Position numbers and translations under genes: made by a program. Shown in pieces: positions 48,942 through 58,800 of a DNA stretch of 64,000 nt. The notes under the pieces are model-generated. The model saw only the letters and a list, made by a program, of their open reading frames with translations. It was not told the origin of the DNA and searched no databases. Every line of letters begins with the position of its first letter. Position 1 is the stretch's first letter. The stretch is taken from positions 62,001 through 126,000 of the IMG/VR virus record IMGVR_UViG_3300017963_000190. One strand, given 5' to 3'.

Positions 48942-49699
48942 TATGCCCTTCTGGTCGGTTCGCCGAGCTGCACCATTAAAATAGTAGAAGTCTTAGCGTA
49001 CCCGACACGTTGCACTATTCTGTTCGATCCTATCGGCGGAGTAGATGTAATTTGTCCAGACGTTGTGTCCACAAAGTACTGTGATCCAACACTTAGTCCA
49101 CTAAACCCGTCGACCTCTCCAGAACGCGCAATTATACATGATGTACCTGTTGGTTTCTGAACGATGATGCCAATGGCTGGCATTGTGGCACTGCTGTTTG
49201 CGTTGGCTTCCCGCGCTAGGTTTGACCCAGCTTCGTATACTACATCTCGTACTGCTTCCCCTAATGTGCACGTCCAGGCCCCTTCAAGGACTTCTATGCG
49301 CGGTACTGGGTCAGACCCAACAAATGTATGGGTGCTTCCATGTGGAGGCACAGGGCCACCACTACCGGGACCGATTACTACACCGTCCAAGTCAAAGGTT
49401 GGATCACCATTCTTCATTCGAACGAACCCGAGGCTATCCACCCAGAACACGTATGGAGTTAAGCGCAGCTTGGGTTCTAGGTTCCACTGGGAAACATAGT
49501 CACCGCCAGCTCGGTCATCCAGATCCTCGATGTATATGACACTTTTGCGTAAATAATCGGCTACTCTACGATCGTTTACAAATTTATCGTACTCTACGTA
49601 AGGGAAGTGCTTGGTTTCTCGTGGACGTAGGGTATAGTTGGCCGGTGACGGCAACGATACCGTGCTGTTCAATAAGAGATTGGTGACGCGAATAGCCAC
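48941..49699 (-). CDS. Virion decoration/fibre protein
   Basis: Shared N-terminal module, HGSTH..GSDP motif, shared C-terminal domain. Confidence 0.65.
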   Translation of the reverse strand: MAIRVTNLLLNSTVSLPSPANYTLRPRETKHFPYVEYDKFVNDRRVADYLRKSVIYIEDLDDRAGGDYVSQWNLEPKLRLTPYVFWVDSLGFVRMKNGDPTFDLDGVVIGPGSGGPVPPHGSTHTFVGSDPVPRIEVLEGAWTCTLGEAVRDVVYEAGSNLAREANANSSATMPAIGIIVQKPTGTSCIIARSGEVDGFSGLSVGSQYFVDTTSGQITSTPPIGSNRIVQRVGYAKTSTILMVQLGEPTRRA

Positions 49700-49705
49700 G
49701 AGCTG

Positions 49706-50164
49706 TTACCCACTAGTTGATGATGAGAATGCGTTTCTGCTGATTTTTGGCAGAACCACCTTCCCTTGTAGCCAACCGATAATTTTCTGTGCGCCTTTAG
49801 TATAGTAAAGTATATTTACCTCTTGATTAGGGTAATTCGCGAACTCGTTGTATTCCGAGATTGCTAGGGCTCCCATATTAATGGCGGCGATCAGGGTTGT
49901 TCCATCTTCCGTAAGCAGGTTTCCGTCCTGGAGTCCGATTACATCAGAGTCGTTCCATCCAAAATCGGACAACTTTTGCCATGTAGCTGGGAGCGTGAAA
50001 TTTGCTATGATCGCTTCGAGGAACTTAGCAAAGCTTCCGTTGAACAATGCATCTTGCGCATTGGCCTGTTCAATCTGGATCATTAGTTGATCTAGATCGA
50101 GGACACCAAATGCCTTCGCCAGCCCAGCTTCGTTAATGGCTTCTTGTAGAATATCTTCTGCCAT
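49706..50164 (-). CDS. Hypothetical protein
   Basis: Track ORF 49706..50185; likely start MAEDILQ. Confidence 0.6.
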   Translation of the reverse strand: MAEDILQEAINEAGLAKAFGVLDLDQLMIQIEQANAQDALFNGSFAKFLEAIIANFTLPATWQKLSDFGWNDSDVIGLQDGNLLTEDGTTLIAAINMGALAISEYNEFANYPNQEVNILYYTKGAQKIIGWLQGKVVLPKISRNAFSSSTSG

Positions 50165-50168
50165 CGGC

Positions 50169-50783
50169 TTACAGAATCGCCACAAATTGTGGCTGAATTA
50201 TTAGCGTGCTAGCGTCTTTGGCAACACCAATAATTTGAATGGCGTCACCATCGCTATGCCCAGCTACATTATTGGTGATTTGTCCAGCTGTAGTATCTAG
50301 GTAGTATGTATCTCCTGCTACTAAAGAACCAGAAAAGACGGTGGCCTCCCCAGCGAATTGAACAGTGGCAGTGGTTGGATTTGGCTTAGCTATGCAGATG
50401 CCTATAGTCAATTTGGAGCCTGTCGGTGTGGAGGCATCCGCTTGCGATACGGTGGACGCTGCAGATACGTAGACAGCGTCGCTTATACTTACTGTGGGTC
50501 CGCTAAATGTTCCTTCGACAGTACCTCCGCCTCCGCCAGAGGTGAGATCGATCCAAGTGTTTGGCGGAGCTATTTTCCACCATAGGGTAGCGTTGCTCTG
50601 TTTATAGAACTGCCCTATAGGAAGGGAATACAACCATTGTTCACCAGGTGGGCCAACAGCAGAAACCAGGTTAGGGTTGCCGTCATAGCCGAGGGGAGTG
50701 ATTTTGTCGTTCAACGTGGACAGCGGTGACCACGTGATGACACGGCGTTCTATCTCAAACCAATTGGAGGCGGGATCTGGCAT
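50169..50783 (-). CDS. Virion decoration/fibre protein
   Basis: Poly-Gly linker then the shared C-terminal domain. Confidence 0.65.
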   Translation of the reverse strand: MPDPASNWFEIERRVITWSPLSTLNDKITPLGYDGNPNLVSAVGPPGEQWLYSLPIGQFYKQSNATLWWKIAPPNTWIDLTSGGGGGTVEGTFSGPTVSISDAVYVSAASTVSQADASTPTGSKLTIGICIAKPNPTTATVQFAGEATVFSGSLVAGDTYYLDTTAGQITNNVAGHSDGDAIQIIGVAKDASTLIIQPQFVAIL

Positions 50784-53101
50784 TAGATAGTCTCCTCGAC
50801 AGTTAGATCTGTGTCATCTGAACTGGCGCTCGTTGCTGCCGTGTCGAGGATGCGTGCAGTAGTAGGACTACTCCCAAGCGTGCCGGCAAAACACCAGCTA
50901 TTGGGGTCTGGTGTTGCGGTCGTGTTGAATGCTCTTCTATTAGGAAGATCCTTCGGAGTCCATGATAAAGTGCACTTGGTGTAGTCGGCTACCGCTGCAT
51001 TGAATGTTGATTCGTTCTGGAACGCGAGCAAGGTGATCGTGCGAGAAACGAATCCTCCTATGATATAGTTGCTGTCGCCGGTGTAGGCGATTGTTACCCT
51101 GTTTGCCAGATTGGTGGCGGCCAGCGTTCCATAAGCATAGGTCCCAACGGTGTCATTGTCGTGGCACTGTAGGTCCCTGGTCCACACTTCTGGGCCCCCT
51201 ACCCATCCAGCTCCCTGCCAGGTACCTCCCCCTGCAGGTGGATTAGCGATTGTGGGCGCGATACGCAACCTTTGGTTCGCGGTTAAGGTGATCGTGTGGT
51301 TCTGCGCGCTTGTACCGTCGTTGCCGCCTGTACGCAACCTCGATGGCTCTGTCATCTGAACCTGCGCGAAATCGTGCGCAATGTAGACGACAACCGCTTC
51401 TGTTGTCGTGGCGTCATTGGCAGCTCTATTCGCGGTAATCCTGTAGTTCACCGTGGAGATGTTATACCCACCAGCAATACGCGCTACTCCAGCCTTGTTC
51501 TCGGCATATACAGTGGAACTGGGGATAGATAGCTCGCCTGTTGGAGATGAGTAGCTGATCGTGTCGAAGTCCGAGCAGGTGGAATGGACTGTGACCGTCT
51601 CCGCGTCTTTTATTGCTTCCTGTGTAGCAGGGTACGTGATGCTTAGCTGGCTCATCACCTCCACATAAGGATACGTGTTGTTCAGTTTTACGGTATCCTT
51701 TCCATCCACAGTCCCACCGCCAGCATTGGTGTATACCCAGTCAGACCAGGTGCCTGTGGACTTTTTAACGCGCAGCCTAGCCGGAAGATCTTGGGTTACG
51801 AGCCCTCTGTTTGCGATGGTGGCTGTAAAGGTATAATTGCTGGTCGGAGCTACAGAGAAATTCGTGTAGACGCAGGCGCCGCTGTTTTCTACTTCTACCT
51901 CTACAAAGTCAATATCTGTTTGGATATTGATGTCAAACGTATCCCCCGCCTTGAGCTCAGTTTGGGTTCCTGGATACCCACCAGTGAACTCAAGTGTAGT
52001 GATGAGTGGTTTAGCATCTTCGTAGACCACAATCTCGTAGTCGTTCCCGTCTTGATGGACAGCGGTAATCGTTAGCGGTAGCGTAAACCCAGATAGGTCT
52101 ACCGTTCCCTCGTACGCGGTAGGGCTCTTCTGTGGTGCCGTGCTCCAAGTAGTGGCGAAGGTATTGACCAATACCTCAGGTCTTACCTGCTCGTGCCCGG
52201 TGTAAGCAAATACATGCACGGTGATCGTTGTCACATCTGGACTGGCAACAGCGCTCACTACGCGTGTGCTATTTTCGGCGAAGGTGCATTCGATGTTCCC
52301 CACATCCGGAGTGAGGTTCTCGATGAATATCACCCCATCCTTGTCTGTGACAGGGCCGCCTCCAATAAGAGGAAAATCGGTTGTCCCGTCCCAACCATGT
52401 GGGAGGTTGTCCACATCATTCCAGTAGATGTAGCGCTCTGCTGGATCGGTTGACGGTGTGGTGGCCTGCTCGAAAAACCGGAACCTCTTTGACTGCCCAA
52501 ATTCAGAGAAGTACGCGTTGCGTGCTACCCAAAGGTCGCGTCCAACGTAGACGTCTCTTGGGCGGTAAAGCCGCACGCCATCATCGAACGATCCGATGTC
52601 AAACTCATTATCCCGAACGAATTTGAGGTGACCACCGAAATCAAAATTCCCGTCTTGGTTAACAAGCAGGAAATTATAATCCCAGGCGTCATTGGATATC
52701 ACGAAGTAGTCTATGGTTCCTGGATCGTAGGTGATCCGTACCGGACCAAGGGACGAGTCTAGGTCAATAACGCTGCCATCCCGATAAGATTCGCGAAGCG
52801 GCATATGCAGCGTGTTGTAGTCGTGCTCATGAGCTACAGCAAGCGGAGGTGCCAGCTCAAAAGTAAGAAGCAGCACGTAGGTGTAAACCCCGCCAACATA
52901 CCCCTCACTCTCCAGTGTTATCCCTACAAAGATGGTGTTTTCTGGCAGCCCAGCGCGAGCGAGGATTTCATCATAGACGCCATCCGTATTATTGCGCACA
53001 TAGACAACTGGATCTGCAATTACTACCAAACTGCGCAGCGTTGCACGCACCTGGTATATGCGTACCGATTGGGTTACTTGGGTGGTAACTTCAACTGCCA
53101 T
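50783..53101 (-). CDS. Large virion structural protein (multiple beta-sandwich-like domains)
   Basis: 772 aa, Thr-rich, within the fibre operon. Confidence 0.6.
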   Translation of the reverse strand: MAVEVTTQVTQSVRIYQVRATLRSLVVIADPVVYVRNNTDGVYDEILARAGLPENTIFVGITLESEGYVGGVYTYVLLLTFELAPPLAVAHEHDYNTLHMPLRESYRDGSVIDLDSSLGPVRITYDPGTIDYFVISNDAWDYNFLLVNQDGNFDFGGHLKFVRDNEFDIGSFDDGVRLYRPRDVYVGRDLWVARNAYFSEFGQSKRFRFFEQATTPSTDPAERYIYWNDVDNLPHGWDGTTDFPLIGGGPVTDKDGVIFIENLTPDVGNIECTFAENSTRVVSAVASPDVTTITVHVFAYTGHEQVRPEVLVNTFATTWSTAPQKSPTAYEGTVDLSGFTLPLTITAVHQDGNDYEIVVYEDAKPLITTLEFTGGYPGTQTELKAGDTFDINIQTDIDFVEVEVENSGACVYTNFSVAPTSNYTFTATIANRGLVTQDLPARLRVKKSTGTWSDWVYTNAGGGTVDGKDTVKLNNTYPYVEVMSQLSITYPATQEAIKDAETVTVHSTCSDFDTISYSSPTGELSIPSSTVYAENKAGVARIAGGYNISTVNYRITANRAANDATTTEAVVVYIAHDFAQVQMTEPSRLRTGGNDGTSAQNHTITLTANQRLRIAPTIANPPAGGGTWQGAGWVGGPEVWTRDLQCHDNDTVGTYAYGTLAATNLANRVTIAYTGDSNYIIGGFVSRTITLLAFQNESTFNAAVADYTKCTLSWTPKDLPNRRAFNTTATPDPNSWCFAGTLGSSPTTARILDTAATSASSDDTDLTVEETI

Positions 53102-53125
53102 AATATGGGTAGAGCCTGTTGGTAG

Positions 53126-53416
53126 CTAGCTGCTTGACACAACTAGGGAGAGCACATAGGTATGGTGGTCATTCACCACCGAGTAGCTGACTTGGTTTAT
53201 GGCGCTGTATACCGTCTCCTCGTTGAGGCCTGCTCGGCTAGTAATTTCCGGCAGGAGGTTATTATTTTGGATGAAATCCGCTGCGGTAGGTAGTAGCTCT
53301 TCCATAGATACTACCCAAGCAGTTACTGTGGATGGCACCCCGTCTACAAGGGAAGCGACAGCGGACATTGTGATGATGCCGCTTTTAATTGGATAATCGT
53401 CTACCCGTTGCACCAT
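53126..53416 (-). CDS. Hypothetical protein
   Basis: 96 aa; resembles the first ~80 aa of the 772-aa neighbour (E......LPE...HTYVL.L vs YTYVLLL). Confidence 0.6.
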   Translation of the reverse strand: MVQRVDDYPIKSGIITMSAVASLVDGVPSTVTAWVVSMEELLPTAADFIQNNNLLPEITSRAGLNEETVYSAINQVSYSVVNDHHTYVLSLVVSSS

Positions 53417-53429
53417 GATAGCGGCTCCG

Positions 53430-54956
53430 CTAGGCTTGTATTCCGTGCACTACGAGCTCTCGGATAAACCAACTCTGCACGAATTTCCGTTTATCCAGCT
53501 GTACCTCCAGCCGGAATTGAATTCGAGAGGTGGGTGGAAGAGCTCCAGAAGAGCAGCCCACCTCTCTAAAATCTTCGCTCTCTGCTAGGCGATAAGAAAC
53601 CGAAACCATTTCGGTGGGGATGTCTCCGCCTACCGTCCATCCCGTGATAGACACCGGCACGGAGAACTCCAGCCAGTCAAAATTGACGAAGTTGTCGATC
53701 TGGTAGGCGTTCAGATTGAAACGGTGGAGTCTTTTATTAAGACTGTCCGCACAAATCATGACGTCTGTTTCTTTGTCGTCTAGAAGCACTCGGTCCGCGA
53801 CCACTCCTTGAGCGTAGCCCACAGCTCCGTAGATATCAGTGGATAGACGATTCAGGGAATTCAGCTCGTCTTCAAGAGCGCGATAGCCGTAAGTCTCTAG
53901 GTGCTGGAGCGTCCGATGATCAAACTTTTCTATAAGTCCAGCGGCGCCATTGGCGATGTAGACGTATTTGAACCCTCCCACGGTGCTCTGCACGAACACT
54001 TGAGCTGGGGAGTAGAGAGCATAACCAGATCCTGTGGGCTCGATATATTTCACGCAGCGTGGAGTAGCGCCGCTAAGGTCAAGCGCACCAACTTCGTTGT
54101 TCCCATTGGTTACCCAAAGTAGGTTGTCCTCGAAGAAGACGTCCGCAGCGATGTCGATCTCCAGATCCAGTAGGCTGCCGGTGGAGGCGTAGTAGAGCAA
54201 ATCTTCTACGTATGTTGGGGTAGCTACAGCTGAAACATCGTATACGACCACAAATCCGCGGTTAAGTGTTGACCCAACCGGCTGTCCCTCCCTATTTAGG
54301 ATGTACAGCAATCCGTTGGTCTCGTCCACTGCTACCCCAATAGGAGTGTTCAGGTACCCGGTTATTGCATCTGGGGTGTCGATCACACCTATTCGAGAAA
54401 CGAAGGCGCCTGTGGCGTACTCGTAAATGTTGCAGATGTGGTGGCTGTACATGGTAATGGCGATGTATTCCGTGCCACCCACAGAGAACGTGCAGCAGGC
54501 GCTAGCGTCATCATACTCGTCGTTTACCAAGTCTGAGCCGAAGTTTGGGAATCTGTTCAACAGCTCCACTTCTGGGTTTAAAACCAGCACGCCACCGTTT
54601 CGGTCGGAGATCAGATAGCGGTCATTGCTTCCTGTAACGTCTCGGAACCAGATTTTCCTTGGGTCATTCACCACTCCTTCTCGGAAGGCGGATAGAGTGG
54701 TTGTGAATCCCCTTGTGTCAAACTTGATGGCACTGTTCGGTGTATCCTGGATCAGCATGCCCAGGCTGGAGATTATATCCCCATAACCCAATGTTATCGC
54801 CACGTCTGATGTCAGAGAGTCCACTCTGTCTAGATAGGACTGCAGGTAGGCATCGTCTTGGAAGACAACGTTCTTTCTTCTGAAGTCTGTGTCCGACAGA
54901 GACTGTCTGAGCGTGAGCTTAAACTGCTCGAACATCGAGCTTCCCATAATTGCCAC
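53430..54956 (-). CDS. Beta-propeller (NHL-repeat-like) protein
   Basis: LNTPIGVAVD...LYI, LYSPAQV...YIAN, ICADSLNKRL repeats. Confidence 0.65.
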   Translation of the reverse strand: MAIMGSSMFEQFKLTLRQSLSDTDFRRKNVVFQDDAYLQSYLDRVDSLTSDVAITLGYGDIISSLGMLIQDTPNSAIKFDTRGFTTTLSAFREGVVNDPRKIWFRDVTGSNDRYLISDRNGGVLVLNPEVELLNRFPNFGSDLVNDEYDDASACCTFSVGGTEYIAITMYSHHICNIYEYATGAFVSRIGVIDTPDAITGYLNTPIGVAVDETNGLLYILNREGQPVGSTLNRGFVVVYDVSAVATPTYVEDLLYYASTGSLLDLEIDIAADVFFEDNLLWVTNGNNEVGALDLSGATPRCVKYIEPTGSGYALYSPAQVFVQSTVGGFKYVYIANGAAGLIEKFDHRTLQHLETYGYRALEDELNSLNRLSTDIYGAVGYAQGVVADRVLLDDKETDVMICADSLNKRLHRFNLNAYQIDNFVNFDWLEFSVPVSITGWTVGGDIPTEMVSVSYRLAESEDFREVGCSSGALPPTSRIQFRLEVQLDKRKFVQSWFIRELVVHGIQA

Positions 54957-55002
54957 CTCTCTAATACGAGCGCTTTTCTAAGAAGTAACTTCCGTCTACT
55001 GG

Positions 55003-55344
55003 CTACTCAGATTTCTCTGCGCATATCTTTTCCAGGCGCTCCACTGTTTTTTGCAGATCATTTATCTGGCTTTCCAGTTGCCTGGCGCTGTCGTCGCTTT
55101 CGCGACGCAGTCTTTTCAACTCGTTTATCTCCGATCTCTGAAATTCTGCGCTGCTTGCTAGCTGATCGATTTTTTGAGATCGAATCTCCAGCTGCATCGC
55201 AACCGAGTTTACTTCCTCGAAGACGCTGCTAATAGTGGTTGTAAGCTCCGCCACCCTCTGCACCAGTGCACGCACCTCGATATGCAGGAGCTCTCTATAA
55301 GTTTCTACTGTGTTTCGCTTGGGAGCCTTACCCTCATTATCCAT
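55003..55344 (-). CDS. Coiled-coil protein
   Basis: Heptad pattern over most of 113 aa. Confidence 0.65.
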   Translation of the reverse strand: MDNEGKAPKRNTVETYRELLHIEVRALVQRVAELTTTISSVFEEVNSVAMQLEIRSQKIDQLASSAEFQRSEINELKRLRRESDDSARQLESQINDLQKTVERLEKICAEKSE

Positions 55345-55379
55345 TGTACATTCCTCATCAGCAGCACCTTCTTACCGTT

Positions 55380-55883
55380 TTACGGTGTGTACGTGACCGA
55401 TACGCTACAGTTATCGCAAGCTAGCGAACCGCTATCCAATTGGGTTGCTGTGAGGTGTTTGTCTGTGTTCACTGCACGGGAGGTGGACCATAAATTCCCG
55501 TCTTTGTCTAGAAACGCTACGAAATACGTGGAGCAGGCAGAGCACTGTATCAGCTTTGGTACCAACATGGATATGTTGTCAAGCGTCTCATCTGGGTCGG
55601 AGATGTTGTAGGACATGGATTGCACACCACCATGACCTGTATTCATACCAGGAACAATTTTGTTGTGCTCACCGGCATCCAGTAAACCCTCGACGGTTTC
55701 CACATCAGCGGCGTCGATGAAGAACGCGTAGTCCTGGGCAGTCTCGGTACCGTCATCGTCCTTGGTTACCAAAAGCGTGGCTGTGTTGAATTCTTTTATT
55801 TTCTTGAGAGGTTTGCCTGTGGACGAGAAAATCCTTATGGAGTTCACAAGAGCAGCGTTGGAGGTATCTTTATTGATGATCAT
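55380..55883 (-). CDS. Hypothetical protein with C-terminal Zn ribbon
   Basis: CSAC...CDNC. Confidence 0.65.
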   Translation of the reverse strand: MIINKDTSNAALVNSIRIFSSTGKPLKKIKEFNTATLLVTKDDDGTETAQDYAFFIDAADVETVEGLLDAGEHNKIVPGMNTGHGGVQSMSYNISDPDETLDNISMLVPKLIQCSACSTYFVAFLDKDGNLWSTSRAVNTDKHLTATQLDSGSLACDNCSVSVTYTP

Positions 55884-55897
55884 CCTCTTCTCCTAGG

Positions 55898-58800
55898 TTA
55901 CCATCCACATCCGGCGGCGAAGTCGGTAATCTCGTATTCTACATATGCTCCGTAGATGGTGGACAGTGCCACCGCTCCAGTCGCCACGTTTCTGTATCGT
56001 ATGATGTAGTTCCGCGATGTGTTGTCCATAGTATGTGTTACTTCATCGCTTATGATCGTCTCAGATGAAGTGGTTGTTCCGTACTTAGAGGCCACTAGCG
56101 ATCCATACGTGCTGGTGGTTAGTGTTTTGTAGCGCAGCTCTATTAATGGAAGGTTCGTACCGGTAGCGGTACCGCCGCCTCCATACGCGCGCACGGCGAA
56201 ACGTTTTATCACGGCTCTGTGCGGGACAATCACTGGGAATGAGATGTAGTAGTTGTTTCCGACGGCGATGGAGTACCAGTAGCCAACGTTGGTGTAGCCT
56301 CTGTAGTAATAGTCTCCTCCAGCAGTGTTTCCTACATTGTCTGGAGTAGCCCACTCTAGTGGTATCTGTCGTCTGTTCTGGCAAGACGAGTGAAATCCGA
56401 TTTTGTAGGCGCTTCCTTGTGTGGTAGACGAATTCCCACTATTCTCCGCGCAAAGGGCAAACACATCTGTGTTTGTTTCTGCCAGGAAAGCTTCGACAGC
56501 ATGTTGTGGGGTAGATTCAGTCGTGCTATCGTTGGTGACTTTGAGTACAGGCTCTGTGGAGCTATTCCATTGTGCGGCAGTTCGCGTAAAGGAGCTGTAT
56601 TGTGAGGTGCACACAATTCCCGCATAAAGGTTGTCTCCGAGTACAACCCCTTGATCGTTGATGCCTGAAGTGGACTCGGAATCGGAGTCCAGGTCTACCA
56701 AGTTGACGTAAGCTGATCTGCTGTCCGACCCGTTGCGTGCGTACCTGACGTTGACTCCGTACCTTGTCGTAGCCGTCGTGATGCCAGATGAGGTGAGGTT
56801 TATGTCCACTGCCCCACTAGAGGGATCCACTGTGGGCATATTATCGTAGTCACTTCGAATGTTGCATCTGTACGCCCGGAACCCATTGTTGGTGCAGTTA
56901 TCTGCATAGTATCCAATATTCCAGTTCGAGTTGGCGTGAAATCCGTACGCCATGGCAGGTGGCGCATACGAATTGTTCCTTACGGAACGAACACCAAACA
57001 ATTCACTGGTATCTCCACTGACCCCTGTTTCATGTGCAACCACTCTTAGTACATCATGGTCGCTGGCTGAGGCTATAGAAGTAATTGTTGATGTGATAGT
57101 TGCGTGCTGTCCTGAGTATCCGCTATCAAACGTATGTGCAGCATTCACCAGTCCACTGTATAACCTAATTCCGTAATCAGTGTCCTCTAAGCTGCTATCT
57201 GTTGAGAATGCTAGCTTGATAGCGTTCCCGTTTGCGGTGTTGTCCGAGAAAATAAATCCATAGTAGCGCGAAAGGATGCTATCGTCAGCATCATCTGTAC
57301 AGCTGGCCCTGTACATCGAGAAGTAGTCATTATTATCAAGGCCGGTCCCAGTTGACGCTCCGTGCGAGCGCACGATATCAAACTCTACACCACCAAAGCC
57401 GTCGGCCTGGGAGTGCGTGTGCACGTTCTCTCCGCCATCTGTCCAAATGGCGTAGGTGGCTTTTCCTACCCTTACGTATCCATATCCCGATCCAATGTAC
57501 AGGCCATAAGCCGCTGTTGTGGCGGTAGCGTTGTCTGTGAAATCTGTATAGATACCGTAGTATCCAGATGTGGACGCGTCCGTACCATCTGCACTCACGT
57601 CTATGCGGATACCCACGTAATCATCGTTTGAGTTGAGTCCGCTGGAATCAGCAGTTATTAGCAGTAGATCTCGTTCAGTACTTCCAGTCCCAGCCCATGT
57701 ATTGGATATATGATGTTTAGGCGCGGTGGAATAAAATCCTTGGTCCAAAGTGCTGTCTAGTATTAGGCCGTAGTAGGTACTAGCGCTGCCGTTTTTTGTC
57801 GCCCTGATCGTATGGCCTACAGCTGATCCTCCTGTATCGTTAGCATTTCCTATAAGATGGGTGTGAGTGCCCTCTACTGTTCCAGTGGTTTGCCCCGATG
57901 TGTACGTGCGTGGCGTAAGATGGGCGCAGCCATACTTAGTAGTTAGTGCGAATGCTCCAGTGGGGTGCTCGTAGTCGATCTCAGCAGATGAATTGGCGTA
58001 AATACTTCTATCCCAGTCGACGTCCGCGAAAACACCATACCGTACCGATGGTGAGGTTGAACTCCCTTCTAAGTGCACACCGTGTACGTATGCGGCATCA
58101 TGATCAGAAGCGTTCCCGGTGAACTTCACATTGAGGATGTGCGGGATGTTGCCGGTGGCAAGGCCCGATCCCATGGAGGAGAAATTTACGCCATGGATGT
58201 CAACGTCTGTGCTTCCACCAAAACCACTGGTCTGTGTTTCGCTAACGTAGACCTTTGACGTTGAGTATACACCGTAGGTCCAGAATGCATTGGCAATGAA
58301 TCCATACCTGGTTGCGCTACCATCTTCATCAGCGCAACTTGCGTACACACCGTAGAAGTTTCCTCCTGTATCCGATGCTGATGGATCTAGCTCTGCCTTT
58401 ATGACTTGGTACGTACCTGTAGCTACCCCACTGGAGTTTCCAAGGAAGCGCGCTACGTAGTCTCCATCGCTACTAAGCGAAACCGGGTTGTAGGTTGGAG
58501 CCTCGCTATATAAACCGTAATCAAGGGAGCTTGTCAGATATATTCCATAGAATGTGGCGGAGCTGCTATTTTTTGTGGCCTTACAGTATGTTCCAACAGC
58601 GACACCGTTGGTATCAGAAGAATTTCCTATGAGGTCTGTCGACACGCCGTGAATGGACCCAGCTGTCTGACCAGAGGTATAGGTCCTGGTCTGTAGGTGT
58701 AGATTTGCAAACGTTGATAGCGAAATCCCAGCGACCGGCCTAGCGTAATCAATTTCCGCTGGATTGTCTGTGTAGATGCTCCGGTCCCAGTCACCTGTAA

